64,000 nt of DNA from NCBI RefSeq assembly GCF_009914755.1, contig NC_060942.1; one strand, given 5' to 3'. Numbering within the stretch: the first letter of the stretch is position 1; each line of letters starts with the position of its first letter. Below, in pieces: positions 26,402 to 39,892 of the stretch. Position numbers and translations under genes: made by a program. The notes under the pieces are model-generated. The model saw only the letters and a list, made by a program, of their open reading frames with translations, had not been told where the DNA came from and searched no databases. The DNA is from the human T2T-CHM13v2.0 reference genome, Homo sapiens.

Positions 26402-27299
26402 ACGGCCTTCAACCAGTATAGTCTGAATGAGCCATATGTGGAAATGAAACTTACCAACAGTTTTCTTATAAAAGGGGAAAGGATTTCCACATTAAGTCAT
26501 TTCATATCATTCCTTGAATTCAGACAAATAAATTTCTTGAAATTCTTTTCAGAGCTGATTCAATTTATCCACATGGCTTTAGTGCCATATGTGAACATTA
26601 GGTCTCTTTTAAAAATGATGGGGGATAATAAATGTGTTAGGAATTTGTTTTTCTGAAGTGAACTAATGACAGAGAAACATATGGTGAAATATATTTTTAA
26701 TTACTTTTCAACAATGTAAATGATTTTTTCCTTATATTCATATTTAATGTTCTTGATCAAGCTTACTGAAGAATCTTCTCAGAAAGAACACACCATTTTG
26801 CATAACACATGACTAATTTTATGGGTAATATGTATCAGTATATGTAAGTGATATCTTTACTGCAGGATTTTTAGAACTTTGCTTACTATGATTCTTTATG
26901 TCTTCATATAGAAAATGATTTCCTTTCCCCCTCCCCAAACTAGCATTGCCACTCTTGAGATTTTTCCATTCTATTGATTTTTTTTAAATCAATAATTTGG
27001 ATTTGATTTGACTGTTTCAGGTTAAGGCTAACTTAAACACTAAGAAAACATTGAAAGCCCAGGATTAAAAAGTTAAGTTTTTAACCCCAGCTGTTCAGTT
27101 TTATTATATTTGAGGAGCATGTTATATAGATTATGGGTTGGTGGGCTGGGGTGTTTGAAACTTTCAGGTTTAGTGAGTTGAAGTGGTTAGGGAAACCTCT
27201 GATTTTATTAATGTCACAAAATGTTCTGGAGTGCTGGTGCTTCCTACCACCAGTAGGCAGAAATTACATGAGATTCAATACTGAAGATGAGATAATGGC

Positions 27300-27670
27300 T
27301 GTATTAGTCTGTTCTCACACTGCTAATAAAGACATACCTGGGACTCGGTAATTTATAAAGGAAAGAGGGTTAATTGATTTACAGTTCCACAGGGCTGGGG
27401 AGACCTCAGGAAACTTATAATCATGGTGGAAGAAGAAGCAAACATATCCTTCTTCACATGGCAGCAGGAAGGAGAAGAATGAGAGTGAAGGGGGAGAAAC
27501 CCCTTATAAAACTATCAGATCTTGTGAGAACTCACTGTCACAAAAACAGCATGAAGGTAACTGTCCCATGATTCAATTACCTCCCACTTTGTCCCTTCTA
27601 TGACACGTGGAGGTTATGAGAACTAAAATTCAAGATGAGATTTGGGTGGAGACACAGCCAAACCATATCA
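27300..27670 (-). mobile_element. THE1C solo LTR
   Basis: TGTATTAGTCTGTTCTCAC...CAGCCAAACCATATCA. Perfect 5-bp TSD ATGGC (27295-27299 and 27671-27675). Confidence 0.93.
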
Positions 27671-29769
27671 ATGGCTAAAATAAAAATTCATTGCATATAA
27701 AGAGTCATATACACATAAGAAATTAAAGCTAGAGCTAGATTTCCCACTCCATAGATCATTCTCACAGGCCATCTTTCTTCCTTTTGGAGACCAGTTAGAT
27801 TATACTCTGCATACCTACCTTTGCCACTCCATTATTAAAGAAAAAGCAACATAGCATAGTATTGCCCAATCCCTCTTTATTTGTCTTTCTGTTTATTGTG
27901 TCTTATATTGTGGCTTTGTTTCCAGGAATTGAAAAAATGCCAGTCTATAACGGTTAGCTCAGGGCACTTGCTATCCCTTTTAATGAAAAATGAGTACACA
28001 GAAACAAGGGACAGATTGAAGCAATACTTTTCTAGAGTTCCAACTCCATGGTAGATAATATTTCAACATTTGAATGTCCCAGAAGTTTTGGTTTTGAGCA
28101 AAATTTAACAAGTGGGACTTCTGACATACAGTTGAGAGACATTCTAAGCCCCTGAATCAATCTGGCTTATTAAAGGAATAAAAGAAAAACTTTTTATCAT
28201 GTGTATTCAAAACATGGTGAAGCGTATGTAACATGCAGGATGCCACCTGGATTGCAGAACCTATTCTTAGTTTTCCTTCCCTTGAGTAATCACACTAAAC
28301 TTTTCTGATTGAGAAGATTTGCATTTTCACCCCTCTGCCTGGCTGGGGCAAGTCTGCAAACAGCTGCATACTGGATCAATTACTTGATCTAGAAATCAAA
28401 ACTGTCTAGGCCTTAGTCATACCTCAACCAACAATTACTATGGTCTCCAAATTAACTCTCAGCCAACTGGATGTGCTAAGTTGCACAAGAGCTAATGTCA
28501 CACTTTCCACTGAAGAAGTTTTAGATGAGCCAGAAAGAGGGTGTCAGGCAGAGAAAAGTATTCAGATACAGACACCGATATTTGAGGTTCCTGTGACAGG
28601 AGATGAAACCATTCAAATAGGAGGAGATTTTGCTCACAAACTCCTAATGTTTGCACCTATGGGTTAGAAACCAGATTACATTCAACCCCACTGTGAACAT
28701 TAGATGTCCTGAGGTGTCTACCTTTGGCTGCAGTTGGTTGAGTTGACTATCTGTATGATCTGCCAGCCCATTAAGTGATACTAAAGACTCAGTCATGTGG
28801 CAAAACAAAGCTGAAAAAGCATAGCACACTTGGCAAATGTTGAGGCCAATTTTTTAGCAAAAGAAAGAAAGAATAAATGAATACAATTTAAAAAGTGAAC
28901 CAGTGCTATATTTAAGTGTTTTAAGGTTGTTTTGTTTTTGTTCTTCTTTCTCTTTCTCTTGTTCATATCTCTGCAGGATGCCAGCCCCAGGCTGAGGTGT
29001 ATAGATGCATTGGTAGTCTTATTCCTTAGTAGGGGCCCTGTTGATGAGGTCACACTGTATTTCTCATGTTCTTTGTACGTAGGTGTATATTATGTGACTC
29101 TTCACCAGTCCCTTCATCCGAGGTTCTTGGGGGCCTCCTGCTTTTACACTCTAAAGGCACCAGGCTTCTCTCCTGCTGAGGGGAAGCAATTAGGTACTTT
29201 CACCATAGTGTGAAAACATTAAGTTTAAAGTTGTAGGAGGACTTGAAAGTAGAAAATAAAAAAAACCCACAAACATCTTCTCTTCAAATATCTCCTATTT
29301 CTTGATGGGCCTTTTTGACATAATTCTTGAAAGGGAGTTTAAATTGTTGCCATGGTCTTTTATTCTTTCATTCCTTTTAGGGTTCCAAGCTCAGCTATGT
29401 GTTTTTTATTAAGATACTTTCTCGAAAGACTTGCACACCATCTCTAAAGGCCTCTTGCACATTTTCCAGCTGTTGTGTATTTCTTCTTTTGGTACTTCCT
29501 TTCTTTAATCATCTCTGGCACTGCCTGCCTCCTGTTCCATGCTGCTACCAGACATAGCCCACTCAACAGCTGGCCTCTAAGGAAGGAGCCTGCTGATGAT
29601 CTTGCAATGTGACATTTATATTGTAGGTAGGAGACATCATTTTGGCAGCTTCTAGTTATGAAGGAGTAGGGTAGGTTACACTGCAAAACTGTACTTGGTC
29701 CGAAGCCCAAACAACTGACACTGGCCCTCAGAACACTTTAAAGAACAACTTATGAACTCTTCTTGGCCC

Positions 29770-29927
29770 CAGGAAGTGTTAATAAATGCCACAGTTTACC
29801 TATAAAAAATTGCTCTGGACTCGGGTGAGGACAAAATTCGGCTGAAGAATTATAATTTTTGCTGATCTCCGGATAAGAAATAGAGTCTCCAAAATGCATC
29901 CTTCTATTTTTGAGAGTGGAGGTAAGG
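29770..29927 (+). promoter_or_regulatory. Candidate TATA promoter / short first exon (unverified)
   Basis: ETS motif CAGGAAGT at 29770, TATAAAA at 29801, three retained CpGs, GATAAG, then a donor GAG|GTAAGG at 29921/29922. Motif arrangement only. Confidence 0.2.
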
Positions 29928-30396
29928 TTTATTTGTTTTATTTGTTTGTTTTGTTGTTGTTTTCTTAAACCACCTTTTGACTTTTACATTGTAATTACAC
30001 TGTAAGGTAACTCTGTGGACCTATCATATTGAACTGACTTTCAAATGGGAATTTATTCAATGAAATTTTCCACCAAAGTTGCCACAGGCCTTTGGCTTAT
30101 CATCTTTAGAAAATGCTGGACACTTCATTCTCGATTGTCTCTGAGTGTGTTTCCTGTATGGTATTAGATCTACAAATTATTTTGTAAGATGCCACACTGC
30201 TGTTATAGAAAGTAACTAAGGAAACTTTCTACTTCAAAATAGACTGTCCTCCAAAAAAAAAAAAAAAAAAGCATAGAATGTGTTGGTTCTCCCTGATAAT
30301 CATTTATAGAGGAAATTCTGACCATATGTTAAATGGAGCTGCTCACTTTGCTTAACTGCTATCTCCAGAAAAAAAAACAATAAATACTTCAACTGA

Positions 30397-30448
30397 CATT
30401 ATCACCATGACTCCCATTATCACCATCACTCCCATTATCACCACCCTC
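30397..30448. repeat. 18-bp minisatellite, ~3 copies
   Basis: cattatcaccatgactcc / cattatcaccatcactcc / cattatcaccaccctc. Confidence 0.85.
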
Positions 30449-32173
30449 ATCTCAGAAATTACCCCAGACACTGCACTGGAATGGTCTGTGGCTCTGTTTC
30501 TCAACAGCACCTCAGAAGTTTGGCTTTGTTGGTAGAGTTTTGCCTCCAATTAAAGACATTACTAAGAAGTCTTTGAAATGGCCTGTTTATAAAATCTCAC
30601 TGGAAAATGAGAAACAACATTCCTTTCAGATTTCATTTTCAGTTCAGAAGGAGGAGAAAATGTTCTGTTGTTCTAGTGTGCTGCATTCTCTGGTCTGAAA
30701 ACAGTCTCCAGCAATGGCCAACGCTGAGGAGTACAGAGTGTGAATTTTAAGTGTTGCTGCTCACACAGATACCCAGAGGACTCAGTCAAGCCCCAGCAGG
30801 AGTCTACTTGGCAGCGAATGTTGGAGGATAAAACTGCACTCAGTGACAACTGAACCCAGGGCAGTTTTGAGGCCACTGGGATGTGTCCTGGTTGTTTTTA
30901 AGGTTTATAATTTGCAGTAAGACGAATTCCAGTATTTCCTGGCTTCATTTAATTACTAAATTGATGTGGGAAATACAAACGAGGGTACCATTATTAGGAA
31001 AGAAATGTCTTTCCGAATAACTCCTGGCACTGAATCGAAGTCTGCAACTTCTGATTTTAACAATAGATGCTTGTCAGCTTCAGTCTATTAGTATTGCCAG
31101 AAGGGGAAAATACATGAAATTCCCAGGATGAGAACCCCTCCCCCCAGCATAACAAATACAAAATAAAGAGCAACTAACCCCACAGACAAAGCCTACCACT
31201 GCAGAAACTCTCTAGTCAGTGTGGGATGTCAGGATGGAGACGAAAGAGCACATCAGGCAATATGGGAAGCTATTTGTTTCTTTAGTTATTTCTTTATGAC
31301 TTCTTCTGTATGTTCTCTCTATGGCTTAAACATGAAAAATAAACTTTAGACCTCATGGACAAAACATAGCAGTGGTAAAACAGAACTTTTAAAAAATCTG
31401 ATATTAAACGTGCACTATATCAACGTGACACCAAAGCAAATTATCATCTCTGCTGAAATCTGTACAAAATCAATCAGTTGCATGGCATATATGGTGAAAA
31501 ATGAAGATAATATTACCATGGGTGGCTATTTTAATATCATCTTGATATAGTCCTGAAGGAAATTTAGCATTCTCTTAGAAAGCTTTCCAGTGTCCTTCAT
31601 TTTGATTTTGATGAAAATTTTTGTTGGTGAGAAAAAAAATTATTATCTTTGCAGGGAAATGGTTGCTAGGCTTTTACTTAATGATATAGAGGGCTCTAAG
31701 AGCGGGCAAAAATGGTCAGGGAGTGGTTTTATAATAAGTGTGAGTGAAGTTAAGGAAAATTTTCAGGCCGAATAAAATTTCTGAATGCTTATTGATTTGG
31801 GAAAGCTCTTCAGAAGGTTGACATAGACAGCAGCAATTATCTGTCCCTTTCTACATTGTCAACTGAAGGCAAATGAACTTTTTAAATTGGGTGAACAGTT
31901 TATATTCAGAATTTTTTAAAGGACTTACTTCATTTTTAAAATTTTAATTACAAAAGCAAAGTGTTCTTTTCTATCACTTATTATGTGAGCTGAAAAATCA
32001 AGTAATATCTATTTCAAGGGTGCATGAAGCTGTCTACAATTGGTTTTTCCTTACGTTTGCTTATCACTACCCACGTAGATGTTTTAAAAGCCAAGGAAAT
32101 ACAATGAAATGAACATCTCAAAGACAGACTGCCAATGGAATCCCTCCTCACTCATCCAAAAGCCTGCCTTTGA

Positions 32174-32389
32174 TTCTTTTCTTTTCTTTCCCTTTCTTTT
32201 CTTTTTCTTTTCTCTTCTTTCTTTTTCTTTCTTTCTTTCTCTTTCTTTTTCTTTCTCTCTCTTTCTCTTTCTCTCTCTCTTTCTTTTTCCCTCACTCCCT
32301 CCTTCTCTCTCTCTCCTTCCTTCCTTTCTCTTTCTTTTTCATTCTCTCTCCTTCCTTCCTTCCTCCCTTCCTTCCTCCCTTCCTCCCTC

Positions 32390-32452
<63 letters not shown>

Positions 32453-32478
32453 TCCTTCTTTCTCTCTCTCTCTCTCTC
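32174..32478. repeat. Compound polypyrimidine microsatellite including (TTTC)16 at 32391-32454
   Basis: About 300 nt, almost purely C/T: (CTTTT), (CT), (CTTC) and (TTTC) blocks. Confidence 0.97.
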
Positions 32479-33384
32479 ATTAGAATTCTATTGCACCAGT
32501 CAACCCCATTTTAAGGTTAATAGCTATTTATACTGTCAACTGAAATTTTCAGCAGGGAAACGCCGCTCAGAGTGGAAAGGATGACAAAGATGGAAAGAAG
32601 AAAAGATATCTCCTGATTAGACATATTCAGAAATATATCTACCTGTGAATAGAATAACCTTTGTAGAAAAAATATAGACCCATTGAGAAGGGTCCATGGT
32701 GAAATAAAAAATAATAGATGTTTAAGAACAAGGTTTTCGATTACTTCATTGAACTCTGCATTGAGTTCAGCTATTGAAACAACTTGATTAACCATAAAAA
32801 GAACATTTTCCCTCTAATGTGATATTTCTATACATGTTTTCTCAGAAGACTAATTTCAGATCATTTTACTGGGAACTGTGCTGTCTTGGAGAAATATTTC
32901 TTGCAAAGATTCTTTTGTGAAGTATTTTCTCTCTGAATGCCAAAGCACAGGTGGAATAGATAGATGGTTTACTAAAATTTAAAGTGAGCCAAGAATAGGC
33001 ATTTTTGGAAAACCATCTAATTTGGAAACTTATGGGTATAAATATTAAAGTTATTATGATAATTATGGGAAATGGGAAAAAAGAAAAAAGTAAAAATGTT
33101 ATAGTAGCACTTTATTTTAGATCTCATATTCCTTTTGACCTGCACCTGTTTTCCTGGAGAAATACTTACAATTATAAAATACATACAAATGTACCTAACC
33201 TGCAATTGCCTGTATCCTTCTTTATTATCACTTTGGATAACTATACAATATACTACTTTATTGATGTACCACTATTTACCCAACACCCTGATTTTTGGAC
33301 ATAGAGTTACCTTCAATTATTCAAAATTATAAGTACTGTTGCCACAAAAAAAAAAAAAAACACAGCAAACAATACTGCCCTAGA

Positions 33385-33535
33385 ATTCATAATTCTTGAG
33401 TTCCAGCTGTTTTATTGGGAATATAACATTAGAGAACTTACTTATTTCTTAATTGCTTCACTTGTCAAACAAAAACGATAATGCTTGCCTTTAACAGAGT
33501 TTTGGTGAAGATCAAATATATGACTACTCTTTAAA
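33385..33535 (+). mobile_element. MIR (degenerate)
   Basis: 'gcttcacttgtcaaac...gataatgcttgcct...cagagttttggtgaagatcaaat'. Confidence 0.5.
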
Positions 33536-33874
33536 AATTGTAATTTACTGAAATAAATATATTTATCTCCAGGATAAATCTGAAGGATGAACCAAATAGG
33601 ATGAGGCCTATTGTGTAGAAATAGGATTCTTTGGCTGCATACCTTTAAGCTTTAATGAATTTCAGGGTTCTCTGCTCACTCAAAATTAGAAACAAGAGCT
33701 GTAATTGACTAGTGTTAGAACTCAGTGGAGGCTAAAACCTGGCTGTTTACCTTCACTGGTTATAGTTTTACCCTAGAGCCACAAATGCTTTGGGGAATGA
33801 GAACTTACAAGATGATAACACTTTATAAATACATATCACTTTGCTCATTTACAATGAGCTACCTACAATGCTGT

Positions 33875-34075
33875 TTTGCTATTTACAATGCATTTTCACA
33901 TACATTATCTCAATAATTTTTACTACCTTGTACAGAAAGTTATGAGTACGATGTTCACTTTATAGAGAAAAGGAGCTAAGGCTCTGGGAAAAAATTATAT
34001 ATAAGCTCATAAACTTCATGGTAGAGATGAAAAGAACCCAAATCTTTTAGTTTTTGAATCCTGGGTGCCACATGA
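33875..34075 (-). mobile_element. MIR (degenerate)
   Basis: 'tttacaatgcattttcacatacattatctca...cactttatagagaaaaggagctaaggctc'. Confidence 0.55.
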
Positions 34076-34219
34076 AACATACAGGATCTAAAGTAATGTA
34101 CAGTATAACGAGAACAACTTGAAACATTTCTGAGTTTTTTTATGAGACATAGGGCATTTCTATTGCAAGGCCCACTCAATCCTCAACACAAATATGCAGA
34201 TACACATAAATGTATGTGT

Positions 34220-34274
34220 GTCTCAAGGGGAGAGGACACATGTTTGTATGTGTTGTGTCCTCTTCCCTTTAGAC
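34220..34274. repeat. 21-bp inverted repeat with 13-nt loop
   Basis: gtctcaaggggagaggacaca ... tgtgtcctcttccctttagac (19/21 Watson-Crick pairs). Confidence 0.9.
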
Positions 34275-34561
34275 GTTCAATAAATCAAAATTTTCAATTT
34301 TGAAATCTCTAAAACCTATACTCAGAAACAAACATGAATACAAACATTATTTCTTTTAGAAACTCAGTAAGTAAAATTTTTAAATTATTCTATATTTCAA
34401 TTTGAGCTGTAAAAGTGGTCATTACTGTTTCAATTTTTATTTATCAAATTCCTAATGGTGTTAAAGATATTTGTATAAATCTTGGTTAACAATTTTTTTC
34501 CATAAATCATCTCTTTGATGTTTATCAATTGTAATAATAGTATTAATTATAATTATAATTC

Positions 34562-35065
34562 TATAATACTTACCTACTGCTATGTAACAAATTATCCTCA
34601 AATTCAGCAACTTAAACATTTATTATCTCTCAGTTTCTGTGGGCCAAAATTCTGGGCGCAGCTTATCTGGGTGCTTTAGCTCAAGATTTCTCATGAGGTT
34701 CCAGTGAAGTTTTCATGAAGGATACTGTCTAATCTGAAGATTGAACTGTTGGGGGAGGAAATCTGCTCCCAAGCCCACTCATGTGGTTGTTGTCAGGCCT
34801 CAGTCGTTTGCTATCTGTGTATTGCCATGGAGGTACACATGACATAGCAGCTGGCTTCCTCAAGGGTGAGAAAGACAGTAAGAGAGTGTGCTCGAGGCAG
34901 AATTTTTAATCTAATTTTGGAAGTGACATCTATCACTTTTGCTACATTTTATTCATTAGAAGGGAGTGATCTTGTAGAGTTCATACTCAAGGGGAAAGGA
35001 TCATATAAGGGCATCAATAACAGAAAATGAGATATTAGGCATCATCTTAGAGGCTGCTTGCCACA
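34562..35065 (-). mobile_element. MLT1F-like LTR
   Basis: 'ctgctatgtaacaaattatcctcaaattcagcaacttaa...ggaagtgacatctatcacttttgc...catcttagaggctgcttgccaca'. Confidence 0.8.
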
Positions 35066-35724
35066 TATCTTTGACCGTTTTTCTATCTTTTCATGGACAT
35101 GGAAAAAGTATTTATATATTAAGGTCATTATATATTATGACTATCTGTCCTTTTAAAACTAAATAGTTTTCCAATTTTGAATATAACTTTTATATTTCCT
35201 TCCTTCCTTCTCTCCTTCCTTCCTTTCTTCTTTCCTTTCTGTTATTGTGTAGTCAACCATTTTTAACGATCTATCTAGATGCAAACTTTGAGTCATATAT
35301 CAGACTCGTAGTATAGGTAAATTTTTGCAGAAAAAAGTGAAAAGAATGTTGTTGAAATTGTTTCTACAAATAAAAGACTTTGACGAATCTTCTGGCTTAT
35401 TGCTGAAACTTAATATAGATTTAGTTGTAGTTACAACTATTAAGATTTTCAAACTACATTTGCTAAATGTATCAAAGTTATTAATTTCTGTTCCACTTTT
35501 ATTTCTAGTGACTAACATAGTCTGGGAGTGAACTAGAAATGCATTTGGAAGTTTCTACCATATGACAGGAAGAATGGTCAGGTGAAAAGAAATAACAAGG
35601 TCATGTTTTCTCTAAAAATTAAAATGGAATGAATGGCTTGCATTAACATTTTTCAGTTTACTCTTAAAACAGCTTTATGGATATGTAAGTGATTTAAAAT
35701 TGAATGAATTTCCTTTTGATAAAG

Positions 35725-35850
35725 AATGTTTCTTCCTATCCTAGATATTCAAGTAGCAATGGAAGCATCTATCAATGAAGATGTAGAAACAGAATCTTGA
35801 CTGGGGCAGGAAGTTGAACATGATGATTACCAAGATCTCTTACAATCTAA
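35725..35850 (+). mobile_element. L3/CR1 3' fragment
   Basis: 'ttcctatcctagatattcaag...ggggcaggaagttgaacatgatgattaccaagatctcttacaatct' resembles the CR1/L3 3' end. Confidence 0.4.
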
Positions 35851-36193
35851 CACACATCTAATATCTAAAATTTGAAGTATTGGCTGGTTACAGGTAAAAA
35901 TTGTGTTGTGAAGTCATTCATGATTTTCTTCCTTTTCTCATCAGAAAATCCTTTATCCAAAGAATGTGATTAATATCACTATGAAACATATCAGTTCAAA
36001 TTCTCATTTTCTTCCTCTGTAAAATGAAGAAAACAACATTCACTTTAGATTTTTAAAAGAAGATTGAATGAACTCAGATTTTCCCAATGTGTTATAAATT
36101 GCCAGAACAAACCTGAGAATGTTTTCTCCGGTTCCTGATTGGACCAGATAAAGCACTTGCCTAGAACAACCTGAGGCATACAAAGGGGTGAAC

Positions 36194-36575
36194 CTAACAC
36201 ATGTATTTTCTCCATAAGGCACTTCAGAGTCTTCTTGCACTCAGGAACACCAGGCAGCACTTCAGTCCTATGCCTGGAAGCCATCTTAAACGTTACAAGC
36301 AAAAAGCACAAAATGCCAAAAACATGACACTAAATGGACCATGAGAAGGATAGACAGTTATTTAAATTATGGGACCTGAAACAAAGTGGCGGAGGGTTAC
36401 CTTGTTCAAGCTCAGTTGGGAACCTTCCCATTAGGTGACACAACTCTGTTGCCACTTTTCACATGTCCTCAAATGACTGTGAATGCACTGAGATTATGGA
36501 TTTGGGGGTTATGCATAAATTTAGTGAGTAGGTGAATTTGACAATATGAAATCCATTAATAATGAGGTTAGATTG
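36194..36575 (-). mobile_element. MER82 (TcMar-Tigger) 5' portion
   Basis: Reverse complement begins caatctaacctcattatt... after a TA. ORF 36045-36311 contains a Tigger transposase N-terminus (MASRHRTEVLPGVPECKKTLKCLMEKIHVL). Confidence 0.85.
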
Positions 36576-36695
36576 TACCTGCTGCATGTTATACGGGAAA
36601 AGAGTTATATGGAAGAGCAGGATTTCAACAGTAATAATAATGGATTATTTTTCAAGGACGTTGTCAAATGAACCTTTTTAATACAAATGGCATTT

Positions 36696-36832
36696 TCACT
36701 GATGTTAATGTGAACAGTGGCTCAAAGGAACCTAACCCAGTATTTCCCCTTGGAGCAGTAATTAGTATTCACTAATTTATTGTTTGTAGTAACTTTATAG
36801 AATATGCTACTGTGAATAATAAGAAATGACTA
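36696..36832 (+). mobile_element. MER82 3' portion, opposite orientation to the 5' portion
   Basis: 'ggctcaaaggaacctaacccagtatttcccct..ggagca...actttatagaatatgctactgtgaataataagaaatgact' matches the MER82 3' end. Confidence 0.8.
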
Positions 36833-36854
36833 CATAGTCACCAAGACAACAACA

Positions 36855-37085
36855 ATGATAATATTGGATTATTTGCTAAGAACTTTCTAATCCTGTACTA
36901 AGCACAGGACTAAGCATTGTACAAACATTTTACAGCAGACAATTGAGGAATCTGTATTATTCATATTTTATAGAAGATGAAATTATAATTCAGTAAATTT
37001 AAAGATCTAGTGTAAACAAAGAACTGAATTGTAAATACAGAGCTTTCTGATTATGAAGCTAATGATCTTTCTGCTAATCTACAAT
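36855..37085 (-). mobile_element. MIR
   Basis: 'aagcacaggactaagcattgtaca...tattattcatattttatagaagatgaaatt'. Confidence 0.55.
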
Positions 37086-38769
37086 GTCCAACTTTAATAA
37101 TGAGCTTGATTGAGTATGTATTGTATGTTAGACCTGCTTGTAAAGTCAATGAAATGATTTGATTTTCACTGTCAAAATTCCCAAGCATAAATGCAGCAAT
37201 TGGGAGGAAATCTCTCATCTATCAACAAGTTATTGTTTCTGGCAATTTTTACCAAAGAGATAAATCCACTACTCTTCCAACTCTTGTCTTTCTTTATCTG
37301 TTATTGTTTTATCAGTTATACTGTGGGCACGGTAATGTATATTCCAGAACACTTCATTTATTTGGACATACCATATGATCTGTTGACTGAGATTATTCTA
37401 ATTTGCTAAAACGATTATATTCATAAAAAGTGCTATAGCAAGTAACCATAATACTGATTTTGAATTGCATAATTATGAGAATAGAAGTTTTCAGAACTAG
37501 AGTTAGGTTTTTTCTATCATTGCTGTCCCACTTTTCATTTCTACTATTGTTCATAGAATAAAATTTTAAAGTGTGAAACTTTCTGATAAATGTGAAGCAG
37601 TATTTTTTGTTTTTCCATTTTTTGAGAAATTAAAAGGGCACAGAAATATGATTTTAGAGGAATGTTGCATAGAGATAATGATATGTATTACACTTCTTGA
37701 AAATAGATGACCTTTCCTTGGATCTTAAGTAGGGGGCAGGAAGAAGTAGACAAGAGATAACTTAGGAAGGCAGCTTATAGGAATGAAGGGGCAATATGGC
37801 CCTCCTGCCTCACTGGATGTGTTTTCTATAACTTGCAATCCAGGGCTTGTATCAGTGAGTTCTCTGCCATTGATTTTTCTCTTAGGAAATTCATCATATT
37901 ATTATGTAATTTGTACTTGCGATGAAGAAATCATATTAATCACTCTACATCCTAACATTGTGAAAATATTTATAAAGACACCCAGACTCTTATGTTCATT
38001 ATGCTACAACATATCATAACACAGTTTTCTGTGATCACATTATAAATGCATATTTGGGGGTTATATACAAATGAACATCTTAATCATTCAATGGGAAAGT
38101 CTATGAATATGTGGGAGGTAGTTTGAGTGAATGAGTATAAAAGAAATGTTGTGTTCAGCAAAGATCAACTGACTCCTCCACAGTTTAGCCTGAGCTTGCC
38201 CTGCCTGCCAAGAAATGCAGAACATAATTCTTTTTTTTAATGATATCCCTGAATATCTTGCAAATGGATTTCCAATCACGGTTACATAGACATTCGTTGT
38301 AGATGTAAGTCTTATAACTTAATACAAGGTAAAACCTATGAATTCGTAAAATATGGTGGCTATAAATGACTAAAATATATTCCAGTTTTATCTGAAATAT
38401 GCTTTCTGGTTTTCACTCAATTAAGTATATGCTACAATTTTTGATACTTAAAAAAACCTATTGTATTTCAATAAACAGTAAGGAGTTATATAAGATTTTC
38501 CACAGTGAAAATTACTTTTTGAGATTTCCCATTACTATTTTTGCAACATTCAAAAGCTATCATCTTGGGGTCTTGGTATACTGAGGAGGTATTAGAAGAA
38601 AATTGTGAAAATAACTATTTTTAAAATGCATACTAATAATGTAAGAATTATAAAAATTATTAAAAAGTTTAAAGACAAATGCAAAGAAATTCTTAAAATT
38701 TTACTGTCTAGATAAAGGCATAATTAACATATATTAATCATTTTTTCTTTCTTTGTCTCTCTCCATACT

Positions 38770-38791
38770 ACACACACACACACACACACAC
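38770..38791. repeat. (CA)10 microsatellite
   Basis: Read directly from the sequence. Confidence 0.95.
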
Positions 38792-39040
38792 CCACAAGAG
38801 GGGTGATCCAAAGAGTTGCTTTTTATTTATAGTTTTAATTTTTGCTGAAATTCTTTCTATTCTCTCATTAACCACTTTTATTTTCTCATTATATCTATAG
38901 ATCCCACATGCTATATGCATTTACAACAGTTATTTTAAAATATTTGTTTACTAATTTCAAAATCTGTGTTATCTTTGCATCTTTTTCTATGAAGTGATTT
39001 CTCCTAGTTATGGGACATAGATTCTTGTTTTCTTTTTGTC

Positions 39041-39892
<852 letters not shown>

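Noticed and set aside
32109-32514. Longest ORFs (F/S/L-rich and R/K/E-rich)
   Set aside because: They are stop-free only because they translate a C/T microsatellite.
35745-35894. Apparent exon (cctag|ATATTC ... CAG|gtaaaa) encoding DIQVAMEASINEDVETES*
   Set aside because: The sequence is better explained as an L3/CR1 3' remnant, and the peptide is unrecognised.
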